Source: Paraspadella gotoi
Lineage: Eukaryota > Animalia > Chaetognatha
Direction of reading: 5' to 3'
Length of the DNA: 63,786 nt
NCBI GenBank assembly: GCA_051294375.1
Contig: CM119267.1
Location: 23,781,003-23,844,788, forward strand
This document shows, piece after piece, positions 13,277 through 25,532 of this stretch (positions are counted from its first letter, which is position 1; each line of letters begins with the position of its first letter). The notes under the pieces were generated by a model. The model worked only from the letters and a program-made list of their open reading frames with translations, did not search any database and was not told the origin of the DNA. A program made the position numbers and the translations under genes.

Positions 13277-13294
13277 TTGCGACACGAGCCGACA
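13277..13294 (+). promoter_or_regulatory. Candidate primer-binding site (tRNA-Arg-like)
   Basis: ttgcgacacgag resembles TGGCGACCACGA, the complement of a eukaryotic tRNA-Arg 3' end as I recall it. Imperfect match in noisy sequence, about 300 nt upstream of gag. Confidence 0.35.
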
Positions 13295-13572
13295 CTCTCT
13301 TCCAAGAAAAAGAGAAATCAGGTCCATATACCACGACCGACCTCATAAAACTATGCTTTCTCCCCGAGCCATAGCCGGCTGAAGAAAGGGGCCGCGATAG
13401 CCAGCCACAGGCACCGCAACAAATGAAAGACGGTAGCAGCCACCGCGAGGATCTCGACTACTCAGTACGTTCGAAATCACGGGAGCTCTCTTAAGCAATG
13501 CCCAATTGGAGACGATCAAGCGGCAAGTGACACGCAAATCCTTACGCTAATCAGGTGCGAATTGTAAAAAAA

Positions 13573-14890
13573 AATGACCAACAACTACGCACCGAATGAA
13601 TAAAAGATTCGACGAATACCGGACGAAGCTGGCACAAAAATGGATGAAATTCTCAATGGATGAAATCAATGATGTCCCGCGCGGACAAACCGGCGCTGAC
13701 GTCCAACACACGACTGAACCTCCATCTACTCAGACTCCATCCGAGCCACCATCTGAACCCTCTACCTACCAGCCCGGCCGCCCTCGCCGTCGCCTGCAAG
13801 CGGTCACCCTGCAAACTGAGGCTTTTACCAAAGCCAAACTTCTAGTAAAAGGCTTTCAATCACCAGAAGAATCCGCCTCGGAAAGCGGAAGAAGCGATCC
13901 GCCGTCATAATACGCGCCGTTCGAGCAAGGAGAGCTTGATCACCGTTAGACACACGGTTGGGCCATGCCGCATGATCTCGCCATCCTGCCATCAAACTGG
14001 AAAAGAGGAGGAGGCGACGAATCTCCGGAGGATTTTCTTCGTAGCTTCTACCGGGCTTTCAAAAGGACTCCCCTTCGCCGGAACAGGTTGACCAGCAACT
14101 TTCGGGCCCTCCTTGCGGCGAGACAAGGTCGCGAACAGGTTCTTTGGAACCCCGCATCAACCAAATCCTGTGGCTTGGGACTGCGCGCATTGTGCGAGGC
14201 TCCTCGGTCCCGGCATCGCGGAGGCTCTCGCCGAAGCAAAGATCGAGGTGGACCCCGCAGGTCTCATGCCAATATGGTCTCGCCCTCGTCAATGCCGCGA
14301 AAAGAAATTTCGAGGGCGGTAAGAGAAAAGGAACAGAGCATCATACCGACTACGTTGCCCAGATGCCTGGTGGAGCCATGGAACCCTATGTACCGGGATA
14401 CGTCGGAGACCAGAAATGGACCCAAATGCTTGAGAGAGGCGAACCCCGTCCGGCAAAGCAATTGAATATAAATTGGCGGGGATTTTAAAGAAAACGGCCG
14501 ACAACTCATCAGAAAATCGTAAGGACGTGTCCGATGACGACAAAGAAAAGCTCATCATGCGCTCGTCCAAAAGTGGCCAAACGGATAAAGACCGCGAGTA
14601 GCAGTGGCCACGGCCGTTTACAAGGAACTGTTCTTCAGGAAATGAACAACATGAATGAAACAGAATAAAGGAACTGAAGAAGACTTAGACCGCACGCGTT
14701 CCAACCAAACTGATCGCCAACCGGACGCGCTTATGAACGCCGCGATCGCGCATGCCAGCGTAACTACGAAAAGGAGATTCGACAAAAGCCGCGACTGGAA
14801 AACGAAAAGGAAAGTAGGATGGCTGCGACGAAAAAAGGGAAGAAAGTCTCCAACACTTTGGAAAGAGACGGGATGTCGTGATGTAAACTA
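13573..14890 (+). pseudogene. gag: Retrotransposon gag (frameshifted)
   Basis: Overlapping + ORF fragments 13596-13910, 13965-14465, 14144-14488 and 14655-14894. GGGDESPEDFLRSFYRAF resembles the N-terminal capsid motif of retrotransposon Gag, and the position is upstream of the protease. Confidence 0.6.
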
Positions 14891-15719
14891 CTGAGTTTAA
14901 TACGAGCTCCGCTGATGACTTTGATGTAAATAAAGATGATTCTTATTATCCCTGCGTTGGAATAAACAAGGAGAGTAGAAAGATAAGTAACAGCACAGAC
15001 AAATTCTAAAAGACTCTGTATAAAAAACCTTGGGAGAAAAGGTAGAGAGAGGAACACCAGCGAGTGAAGGACGAAAGAATAGAAACAAAGTCAAAGAATT
15101 AGCCAATAACGGCCACAGATTGAGAGGCAAATCAACTGCTCTAGGATGTAATAAATTTTACTTAAACCCTGGGTGCAGGAGAGATCCTCGCCAACAAATT
15201 TCTCCATAAACTGGGCTGGGCGGTTGGAGTAAAGCTGACCAAGCAGGAAAAAGGGCGATCATAACTAAAGGTCGAAAACCTGTTGCTAAATTATTTAGAA
15301 AAGCCATCCGGACCAAACCAACCAGGATCTCAAACCAAAATCCTAGGTGGAACAACCAACTAAAGCCCAGCAAAGCGAAAAAGTAGGCCCAACCGACGAA
15401 GCGACAGGGTAAGCCTTCCTAAGAAGCTCCGGCCAGCAGGGGATAAAAACAATCCTACTCTACGAAATCATTGCTGGGAGAACAAAATGGCGAATCTCTC
15501 CACCAGGCGACCATCAGGCGAGTGGAATTAGAGTGCCATCCCCCCCTACCAGCCTGAACAATTTTTTGTCACCTCAACCAATACCGACACTACCAAAAAG
15601 ATGAAAAGGACGATGCCACACTCGCTCTCCCGAAATCTAACAAACATCATTAAAGGAAAAAGTGGACCTGAGCAGAGACGAACACCGCAAAATATGCGTC
15701 ACACAGGAAAAAACAGCTA

Positions 15720-15990
15720 CATTCCAGCCTGTAAATCGCAGGAGCACAGCAAGCTGCCTGTATGATACAGGGGCATCCGTAAACATGTCCATCGGAAAGT
15801 TTCATCGAAATGGCCTTGTCCGAACCATTACCAGGAACCCCTCTCAGGCTGGTCACAGCCACTGGAACCATCACTCTCACCGAGAGAATAAACTTAAGAA
15901 TCATGTCCAAAAATGACCCTAAAACGGTTTTTTATGTCTCCGCGGAATAGATGATCGAAGACATCATCATAGGAACGGCAGTCACCAACC
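15720..15990 (+). pseudogene. Retropepsin aspartic protease domain
   Basis: CLYDTGASVN (catalytic DTG at 15764-15772) and the downstream DIIIGT motif at 15960-15977. Confidence 0.85.
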
Positions 15991-16769
15991 CGGGCCTCTC
16001 CAGACCAATTGTGGGAGTACACACATCTAACCCAAAGACACGCCTCCAGGTCGCCTCATGGGACCAAGCCCGTACCACTTGTTCGAGAGCAAATACGAGG
16101 CCTTGAAGGGCTGCCATAGGGATGGTTGGCGTCGGGAAAAACGTGGATGAACATCCCAATGGTGCCGATTCACGTCGCCGAACAAAAGCGGAGGGAAGGA
16201 TCATCCTAACCTCACTAAACCATATTGGAAAACGTGGCCAGTACCGGTGGATAATCGAGTCCAGTGATGGAGAGGAAGCACACGTGCAGACGGGGACCAA
16301 CTGAAGAGAAGGAGTTGAAATTTGACGCCCAATGAACCAGGACCCTGGCAAGCAAGACCTCTTAAATAAAACCAATCAGGCAAGATCCGTAACTAGGATT
16401 GAAACAGATCACGCAGCCGAACCAAGTCCAGGCGACTTAACAGGAAAAAAAACCCGTCTCAGGAAGGTAGAAAAGACAATATCCCCGCCAACGACGATAG
16501 TTCATCACAAACCAACGGAAGAAGAGATGCAAAGCAGTCGAGAAGCAGGCCGACCACAGGCGCCAAAAAACATGACGCCCGCGGAAAGGAAGCATTCCTA
16601 AAACCCTTCAAAGACGCTAGACCCGTCTCTCCAAGACAAGGCTCACCTAGTCTGGAAATGTGTGGAAAGTATCGCGAACCGTTTTGTGGAGAAAAATAAA
16701 TGAATTCTTGCAGGAAGGCTTCTAATAAATTATATAAAGTTGAACCTCGGTTACACAACCGAAGATTTT

Positions 16770-17640
16770 ACCCAAGCCGAGATTCGCCCAACCAAGGCCC
16801 CAGTATAAAAAGCGCCTTAAAAAGATTATCTCGAATATATGAAAAGGCCGGCATCGCCTGCACAAGAAACGAAGCTTATTCAAACGCCTTCCTATAAAGA
16901 AGCCTGGCCACATTTGCCCGAGGGACAAGACGATAATGAAAGACGAAACCTTTGCAAACAATGGCGACTCATTTGGCGACCCTCTCGTCCGTCAACAATA
17001 ACATTTCGACATACGCCACGGAACCACAGACAATCTCCTCAATCCTGAGCAATACAAGCCACATGAACTGCAATGTCTTCCGTCGACATTCTGGCATGTT
17101 CCACCAGGTTAAACCCTGACCGAGCGCTGCAAACCGTCAAACGACCTTTGCATGGCGCAGCCATCAGACTGGTAGATGAATAAAACTACCAATGGGAGGC
17201 GTTAACAGCGTAAATGTACTCCAGCGACCATGGATGAAATTCTTTCACGACTTGCACCGCAAGTGGGAAGAGCTTTTTAGTTTTGTGGATGACCTCCAAT
17301 ACTCACAGCCAAGTCCCCGAGACATGGCAACAAGACTCAGAGACTACTCAGAGATGCCGAGACGAAACGTCGTCCTCAAATGACGGAAGAGTGTCCTCCT
17401 CAGGAAGGAAGACATCAAGATACTGGTTTCAGCATCTCCAAAAGCAGGCTCCTCCCACAAAAAGAAAAGCTTCAAGCAGTCGAGTTAAGCTGAAAGCTCT
17501 CAAAACGCAAAGGAGCTAAGAGCAATGCTAGCTTCCTTAAACTACTACAGATGCTTTACGCTGATTTTCATACATCGCCAACCCTTCATGCCCTAACCTT
17601 ACTCGACAAGAAAGATTCAAGCTCTCCGACAAAACACATC
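16770..17640 (+). pseudogene. pol: Reverse transcriptase domain (frameshifted)
   Basis: SNAFL..KK (~16880), QWRLI (16959), FHQV (17099), MGGVNS (17192), catalytic FVDDL (17282-17296), LGFSIS-like (~17425) and ASLNYYRCF (~17530). Confidence 0.85.
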
Positions 17641-17719
17641 GAGATGCTCCAACCCTTGTTTGACGAAATCAGGCTTGCCCAGGACTAAACTTTTTTAATG
17701 ATGCGAATCAGAAATGGTC

Positions 17720-18080
17720 ATATGAATTTACGCGGACGCTAGTACCAGCGCCATGGGCGGATTATCACCGCCACAGCCGACGGCGTCGAATATCCGCTCT
17801 CATTTCACTCAAAAATCATTCCCCGGGAATACCGAATTAAGCACATCAATGTCTTAGAAACCCTGCCTTTAAATGATGGTGCGAAAGTTCAAGGGCTACA
17901 CGTGCGCAGAGGGGTGACTTAGTAACCGATTCCCATACTTTAAAAGAGTAATGGGATTTACAGCATGACGACAACAAATGCTCCCAACAAACGTCTTAAG
18001 ATGATACGGAATCCGGCAAGAATGCCAACAAAGGAAATTATCTGGTGAAAAGCGAAGACAATCGCGACTTCTTAACACGA
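17720..18080 (+). pseudogene. pol: RNase H domain of pol (frameshifted)
   Basis: YADAS (17729-17743), EYPLSFHSK (~17788), HINVLETL (~17842) and an ADFLTR-like end (~18063-18080). Confidence 0.8.
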
Positions 18081-20586
18081 TTCACTGAGCAAGGACAGGT
18101 CACACCCTCGACACCCCATTTTTCCCCGCCGCTTCGATGTCGACGGCGATATGAACCAGGATTTGCCGAAAACCAGTACAAGACACGTACCCCAGACATC
18201 TAGATTTAATAACAGGCCATGCACCCACTCTTGCCTTGGTGGCCCAAAACACTGGGAGAGGAAACAAAAGCCTTCAGAACAAAGTTTTTCGAATTGTACG
18301 ACAAAAATTTGCATCAATCAAAACGAACATAGAAAGGTTGTATGGGAAACCAAAGACGAAGGACGCTGACGCCCTTGTCAGAACATATCTGCTAAAACTG
18401 GAGTTTAGGCATCCAGAACTGAAATGTTAGGCGAATGAAGGCATCGCAATCACAAATGATGGAAGAGGACTCGACACGAGAGGCCGGTTGTAAGTTGAAA
18501 GGACATACGGAACGACGACCACGTCGAAACCGAATAAAAATATTTAGGACCATAACTGGACAAGTCAGTCTCATCAGTCGCGAAAATCCGACACGCCCTC
18601 TCCGCCCAGCAAATGAGAACATCCAGACAATCAGCGTAGAGATAGAACTGAGAAAAACCAGACTGAGAGGAAGACCAAAGAAACAAAAGATCGCCAGCCA
18701 TCGCTGGAGCGTGCCAGAGGACTTAGTCATGTCGAGATGCAGAACCAAACGACGCAAGAACGCCACCACGCCATAACAACAACTCACAAGCCTCAGTGCA
18801 AAAATTCATCGAATGGCCCGGCGCAAGAGAGTTAATGATCGACAGAACAATGGAGGCAGACGTCGACGCCTCAGCCCAGAAATAGCAGAGGAAGCAGCGA
18901 ATCCTGACAAGGTTAGAAATAAAACTCATGCCATTAGCGACACGCGTTAGACAATGGCAACAGGAAGACGAGGTATTCAAATCGTCATAAAGGCCTTGCA
19001 ACAAAATGACCGGCTAACGCGAGAGAATGCTAAATGAAAAAATGCAAAAAAAAAGAAAGACTTAACCGAAAAGTACCTTACAAACGTCCTCGCTATCTTG
19101 ACATAACTGAAAACGGGATCCTGATATTAAAAGGTTATAANNNNNNNNNNNNNNNNNNNNNNNNNAAGGCGAGATTCTCTCTGTGGGAATGTGAGGCTGA
19201 GGCAGAAAACCCGTGCAAAGGACTGGGCCTCTGGAAGCGGAAGGCCGAAGCAAGGAGGAAGCGACGAAGAAAGCGCGAAGAAATGAGGAGCGGCCATCCC
19301 CGTTCGATCAAGAACCGTGACTTAAGAATTGAACGTAAAACACGGAAAAATCAAACGATTAGATTCAAAATTAAAAACGATCTAAAAAAATCCTCCCTCC
19401 CTCTTCTAAATTATCCGAAAATTTTAAAAAAAAACATAAAAAATGCACCCTGCAAAAACCCACACCCTGCGGCGGAACCAGAAGAACCCAAAACACCGGT
19501 GGTGAAAAAGGGTGGACGGCGGGAGAGTCTGTGGGGGGCGTTCGATCATAGATTCGGTGTGATTCATTGGCGGAATCTTAGATTCTCTGATCGAACCCCC
19601 CCCCCACGATGCCTTCGAAGCAGTACGAGAAAAAAAGGAACCCGTGCGAGCGCGCCGGGTCGGTGTAAAAAAAAGGACAAGAAAAGAAATAAAATTTCGA
19701 AACAAAAGGAAAGCAGTGAGGGCCATAACAAAAAATATTGCGAAATGACTAAATAAATAAACTCCCCCTCCCGGTGAGCACCGGCCGAAAATCCTCATTT
19801 TCCAAACGCGAAGGATACAACGAACATACTGCCGTTGAAAATCCTCATCTCCTTGCCGAAACCCTTCAAGGGTGGCCTTTCAAATAGTCCACGAGACTTC
19901 CATGCCCTCCCTGCGAACCGGTCATGAGGAAGGATACGCGTCTGGCTGACCGCCCCCCAAAACCGGCGTCGCCGGGTCGTGCGCCGCTTCGGTGTGCCGC
20001 TGCCTGAGAGGCTGGAACCACGGGTAACGGAAACCGGTCTCTGAAGATGCGAAGGAGGAGGGCGGTGGAGGACGCATTGCGTGAAAGTCCCTGTTTCTTC
20101 CCCCGCGCACCTCGGGTCCTCAACCCCCTTGAATTCGACGATTTCGATACGCAATGGCGATCGCCGTGTTGCGTTGCGCAATTGCGGGAAAATATGAAAT
20201 TATGACAAAAAAAAATGCATGAGATCGGTTCTACTCGATTCAATACCTGCCGGGGCGCAATTACTGTGGCCCATGAGGGTCAGTTTCGTTTACGAAAAAC
20301 TAAGTTAATGCGTAAAAAATTTCATTTTTAAAAACGCGCATTTAAAAAAATTTAATTTTAAAAACGTGAAATTCCAAAATTTTAAGAACTATGTACAGAC
20401 TTTCAAATTTTAGATTGATACTAAAAAAGGAAAAATTAATCAAAAATTACTAAAAAGATTTTAAAGAGCTACAGACTGTTTAAAAAACGTTGTATGACGT
20501 GATTATGAAACAGTTTAAGAAATAGAAAATTGAATCAATTCAATCAACAATAATATTGATGAAAAAAAAACAAAAACTTCAAGAGA

Positions 20587-20630
<44 letters not shown>

Positions 20631-20737
20631 GAGAGAGAGAAGAGAGAGAAGAGAGAGAGAAAAGAGAGAGAGAGAAAAATATATGGGGCGTTAAAGGGTT
20701 GAATAAGGTAAGCGGGGAAAGGGTTGAGAAAGGCGTA

Positions 20738-20819
<82 letters not shown>

Positions 20820-20974
20820 ACGAGGGCGCGAGGCCCCGGTAATGGATTTGGGTGAGGCAAAGCATGAGAGCGCCGGAGATTTCTATTAGAAGATGACGCC
20901 GCCGCCGCCGCCGACTGGAATCCATTGACGACGCCCAAAGATTACCGCCGCGCGCTCTCCTCCCCCGAAAGGAA

Positions 20975-21295
20975 TCAATTTAGATTTCCCTCGCCTTTCT
21001 TGTTTTTCCTCTGATTGTCTTCGTCGTTGTCGTCGTTGTCGTCGTCGTTGTCGTCGTCGTTGTCTTCGTCGTCGTCGTTGTCTTCGTCGTTGTCGTCGTC
21101 TTCGTTGTCTTTCTCTTTTAGAGCCTTTTTATAAGTGTTTACAAACCAAATTAAACTTTTTCTGGCATCTGACATATCCTGGTAAAATGTTCTGCTCCAT
21201 CGCAGTACAAATGCAACAAGTATATTGCTAATATAAACAGATTTAACGATTTCCACCAAAAATTTGACAGAAACGACATCAGCAACAATCAACAA
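20975..21295 (-). CDS. Candidate coding exon: hydrophobic stretch followed by Asp-rich tail, product unknown
   Basis: 106-codon open frame with non-repetitive N-terminal half (KFLVEIVKSVYISNILVAFVLRWSRTFYQDMSDARKSLIWFVNTYKK); no recognised domain. Confidence 0.3.
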   Translation of the reverse strand: MLIVADVVSVKFLVEIVKSVYISNILVAFVLRWSRTFYQDMSDARKSLIWFVNTYKKALKEKDNEDDDNDEDNDDDEDNDDDNDDDNDDNDEDNQRKNKKGEGNLN

Positions 21296-21469
21296 TCAAC
21301 ATTTTTTGACAATTTTATATCGACTGCTTGTAAAGCTCTTAATGTTAAAAGCAAAACCAGGTTTCGGTGAATTTTTTTTTCAGCTATCATTCGTGGAACG
21401 AAATAAAAATGTTTTTGAGTGAAAATAAAGTACTAAACGAGAAATAACATTTTGTTTATTATGCAATTG

Positions 21470-21575
21470 GTAAAATACTCCTCAAATTAGATTAAATACT
21501 CCTCAAATTGGATTAAATACTCCTCAAATTAGATTAAATGCTCCTCAAATTGGATTAAATGCTCCTCAAATTGAA
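21470..21575 (+). repeat. 21-bp minisatellite (attaaatactcctcaaattgg) x5
   Basis: Direct reading; second copy at ~27635-27736. Confidence 0.9.
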
Positions 21576-21809
21576 TATAAGTTGATCTTGGTCATTTATT
21601 GAATTTACGTAAATACTACTCCTTTGACGAAAATGGTTCTGCCAGGCGCAGTGATCTCGAATCAGGCCCTGTCATATCGTATCAGGCAAACGATGGAAAG
21701 GCCTGATTCGAAACGAGTCAATCCGAAAAAAAAGTAAAAAAACTCAACTTCGAAGCATAAATGTTGGCTCCTTACGATCTTTTGAATATTTCCAAGTAAA
21801 CAAATATAA

Positions 21810-21856
<47 letters not shown>

Positions 21857-21957
21857 CTAGGTTGCAAGTTTTCCTCAGGTGATCCTTATTCAATGAGAAA
21901 CGAGTAATGCATTCTCTCTTCTCTCTCTCTTCTCTCTCTCTCTCTCTCTCCTCTCTT

Positions 21958-21999
<42 letters not shown>

Positions 22000-22413
22000 T
22001 CAGGACGCATCAACAATCACATTTCCCTCTCGTTTTTTATGTCGACTTCTCGGACCAAAAGTTCAAAGAACAAGCAGAGAACACCACAGAGAGAAAGAGA
22101 GAGAGAGAGAGAGCGCTCAGATGGCGCTGTTGACGCAACTGCGCCATTACCTTCCGCGTCGGTGAGAGTTTCACTTTTAAATTTAAATTTTGTAAAATCG
22201 TTCAGATCCAGGTTCGTGAAATCCAAGTATATCGTCAGAATAAAAGCCTTCCCCCTGGTGGGTGGCGAGGGGCGACGCTGGGGGGTCATACCTAGGGATA
22301 GCCAAAAACTATATACCTAGGTGTGCCCCTTCTTTCGCCAAAAGGGGAAGCCTTTTTGAGCTACGGTATATCTTATCCAGTTCGTGGGCAAGTTGTGAAG
22401 AATAATGACATTG

Positions 22414-22650
22414 GATGCTCAATGTTGAATGCTGAATACTGAATGCTCAATGTTGAATGCTAAATACTGAATGCTCAATGTTGAATGGTGATTACTGAAT
22501 GCTCAATGTTGAATGCTGAATACTGAATGCTCAATGTTGAATGCTGAATACTGAATGCTCAATGTTGAATGCTGAATACTGAATGTTCAATGTTGAATGC
22601 TGAATACTGAACGTTCAATGTTGAATGCTAAATACCTAACGCTGAATGCT
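22414..22650 (+). repeat. 28-bp minisatellite (gctcaatgttgaatgctgaatactgaat) x~8
   Basis: Direct reading; built from a 7-bp subrepeat; second copy at ~28577-28785. Confidence 0.9.
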
Positions 22651-23199
22651 AATGAATAATGGTTGTGATCGTTTCTTAATGATATGACAATTAATTTATT
22701 TATTTTCAAATCGGGATTTAAAGTATTTATCTACTTGGATATCTTTGTCTTTTTCCTTATTTTTTTTTTTATTTGATTTATCTATTTATATCTATTTTTA
22801 TTCAGTATTTATTTCCTTCTCTCCGACATTTCGATCCAAACGTTTTCCTAATTTTCTCACAGGAATCTTTCTTCTGTCGATCAAAGTTCGCGGATCTCAC
22901 AGGGAAAAAATACACAATTACTTGTCGAGAGGAAAAAAAATCCAAGGAGGAAAAACATCTTTTATTAGATATAAAGAAGACAGAGGGAGAGAGGGAGAGA
23001 GGGAGAGAGGGAGAGAGAAATCGAGTTAAACGACGTCTCTCTATCTCTTTTTTTTTTCCTTTCTTTTTTTTTCCTTTCTTTCTTTTTTTTCTCTTTCTAT
23101 CTTTCTCTGAAACTTTATTACTTTTTAGTTTTTACAAAGGTTTATTCTTTCTTTCTTTCTTTATTTCCTTCTTTCCTACCGCATATCTTTCTTTCTAAA

Positions 23200-23247
<48 letters not shown>

Positions 23248-23814
23248 TCCTGTCTGTAGGAATGGAAATCTTCTTAATGAAGAATTTATCGGCCGCCGCA
23301 CACAATCTTTGTCGGTGGTTCTCGAGGGAAAGGAAGAGTAAGGCATGTGGGGAAAATGTAGTGTGGGCAAAGTTTGATGTGGTGATAAGAAGAGAAAAAT
23401 TGTAAGTATTATCACGCTTAAAAAAGGGTTCTATCTAGAAAGTTTACATGATAAGCATAACACTGAGAATAGGCTGACAAATTAGTTTTGAGAATAGGCT
23501 GACATATTAGTTTTTAAAATAGGCTGACATTTGAGTTTTGACTTTTGTGGTTGAGTTGTGGCGAAAGGTGGTGGATTTTGTGGGCAAAGGATTTGTTTTG
23601 TCGCAATTGGATTGAGAAAACGTTTGAATTTAATCGAATGGGCGTCTCGAGGGAAACAAAGTGGGGTAAGAGGAAAGGGAAAGACAAAAGGGGAAGAAAA
23701 AAGGGAAAGAAAGCAAAAGAAAGAAAGGAAAGGAAAAAGAGAAAGAAAGCAAAGGGGAAAAAACAGAGTGAGAAAAAAGAAGAGAAAGGCTAAGGGAATG
23801 GGGAAAAAGGACTC

Positions 23815-24160
23815 TGTGTTGCGTAGCAGTAATTTTATTTTTACGTGTATTCCCCTGTGATCACACGACTAAATGACATGACATGACATGACAACTTGAC
23901 TACAATAACTTTCTTAGCCTGTGTATTTATAACACGCACTGCATCGGAATTTCGTCTTTTTGATTCTTTATAGTTTTAGGATTTCCTGGAGGCGGCGCTA
24001 GTAGTCACTTAAATTTGAGGATTTTTCCCCTTATAACAAATGAGCAACTAACTAGAGGCGAGTTATGAGTATTTTTAACGTTAGTGGGACAGACATACCT
24101 ACCAACCGATCGACAGATCGACAAAGCGACCGAAAAGTGACTCATAGAGAACTCGCGCGG
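23815..24160 (-). mobile_element. Short interspersed non-autonomous element (same family as 44361-44960)
   Basis: Reverse complement reads ctctatgagtcacttttcggtcg...tctgtcccactaacgttaaaaat...agttagttgctcatttgtta...(catgt)n. Duplicated at ~29945-30280. Confidence 0.7.
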
Positions 24161-25317
24161 GTAGTGATTAGAAGAAGCAGATAATGAAACAATTCAAAGA
24201 TGAAATTGAAAAGGAATGAAAAGAAAGAAAAAGAAAGAGAAAAATAAAAAAGAAAATAAGTGTACTTCAGCGTGTGACTTAAATCTCATGAATATTTTTC
24301 ATTTAAATTCAACAAAAAAAATTGTTCCTTTGATTCTCAAATACCTGATCTCTTAGGGCTTGTCGGGGACTCTATGAATATCTGATAAGTAACGTGATTA
24401 AGTTTTCATAAAGTGAATTTCGAAAAAGTGTTTTTATATTTTCTCTTTTTTTTTCCTACGGCTACTATTTTAAAATTAAAATCTATTACAAACATTCTTG
24501 GACGAAATAAGACCTCTTTGAATAAATCAGTCAATCATTCGATCAATCAATCTATCGATAAATCAAATAATCAATCTCAGAATCAATCAATCAAATGATA
24601 ATTCAGGCGTCGACCGATGCTGAGGAATTATCAAATGTCTCTTGGCTTCTAAATATTTCGGCCTGGTTAATGTCTATCCAACGCACGCCTGATCAACTTC
24701 TGGCTGACGACATCCACTTCACCAGGAAAATCCAACAGGCGCTCGTTTGGCCGTCGTGATGGTCGGTCAGTCGCTACAGAGAGGAAAAGTTCCGGCTCTA
24801 GAAAAACCAGTCAACGCGATCCCGAGGGACCCGATCGCGCATAATAAATGAAGTCCTGGGTCCGAGATAGGCGTCGTTCTCTCTCTCTCTCTCTCTCTCN
24901 NNNNNNNNNNNNNNNNNNNNNNNNNNNNNNNNNNNNNNNNNNNNNNNNNNNNNNNNNNNNNNNNNNNNNNNNNNNNNNNNNNNNNNNNNNNNNNNNNNNN
25001 NNNNNNNNNNNNNNNNNNNNNNNNNNNNNNNNNNNNNNNNNNNNNNNNNNNNNNNNNNNNNNNNNNNNNNNNNNNNNNNNNNNNNNNNNNNNNNNNNNNN
25101 NNNNNNNNNNNNNNNNNNNNNNNNNNNNNNNAAAAAAAAAAATCAAAATTAAAGAAAGAAATCGTTTCTTAGAAATAATGAGAATTCGGTCTCGTGACGT
25201 CGTCTGGAGCAAAGAGAATCTCTTCCGTCCTCGCGACGTCAATGACAAAAGTCTTTCGTCCGTTTTATTTCTCGTTTCTTCTTCTTCTTCTTCGTCTGTT
25301 GTTGTTGTTTGGGTTGT

Positions 25318-25408
<91 letters not shown>

Positions 25409-25486
25409 CTCTCTCTCTCTTTCTTAGTTAAATCGATACAGTTTTAACTGAAATTGCCGTTGCATTTCAATTGAACCAGAGAAGAA

Positions 25487-25532
<46 letters not shown>

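Larger units (their letters stand above)
12931..19140 (+). mobile_element. Ty3/gypsy-type LTR retrotransposon, frameshifted, truncated by the gap at 19141 before the integrase
   Basis: Domain order gag-PR-RT-RNase H-(integrase linker) read across frames: ESPEDFLRSF, LYDTGAS, DIIIGT, WRLI, FHQV, MGGVNS, FVDDL, LNYYR, YADAS, HINVLE. PR-RT-RH with the integrase last is the Ty3/gypsy (also BEL/retroviral) arrangement. Confidence 0.85.
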
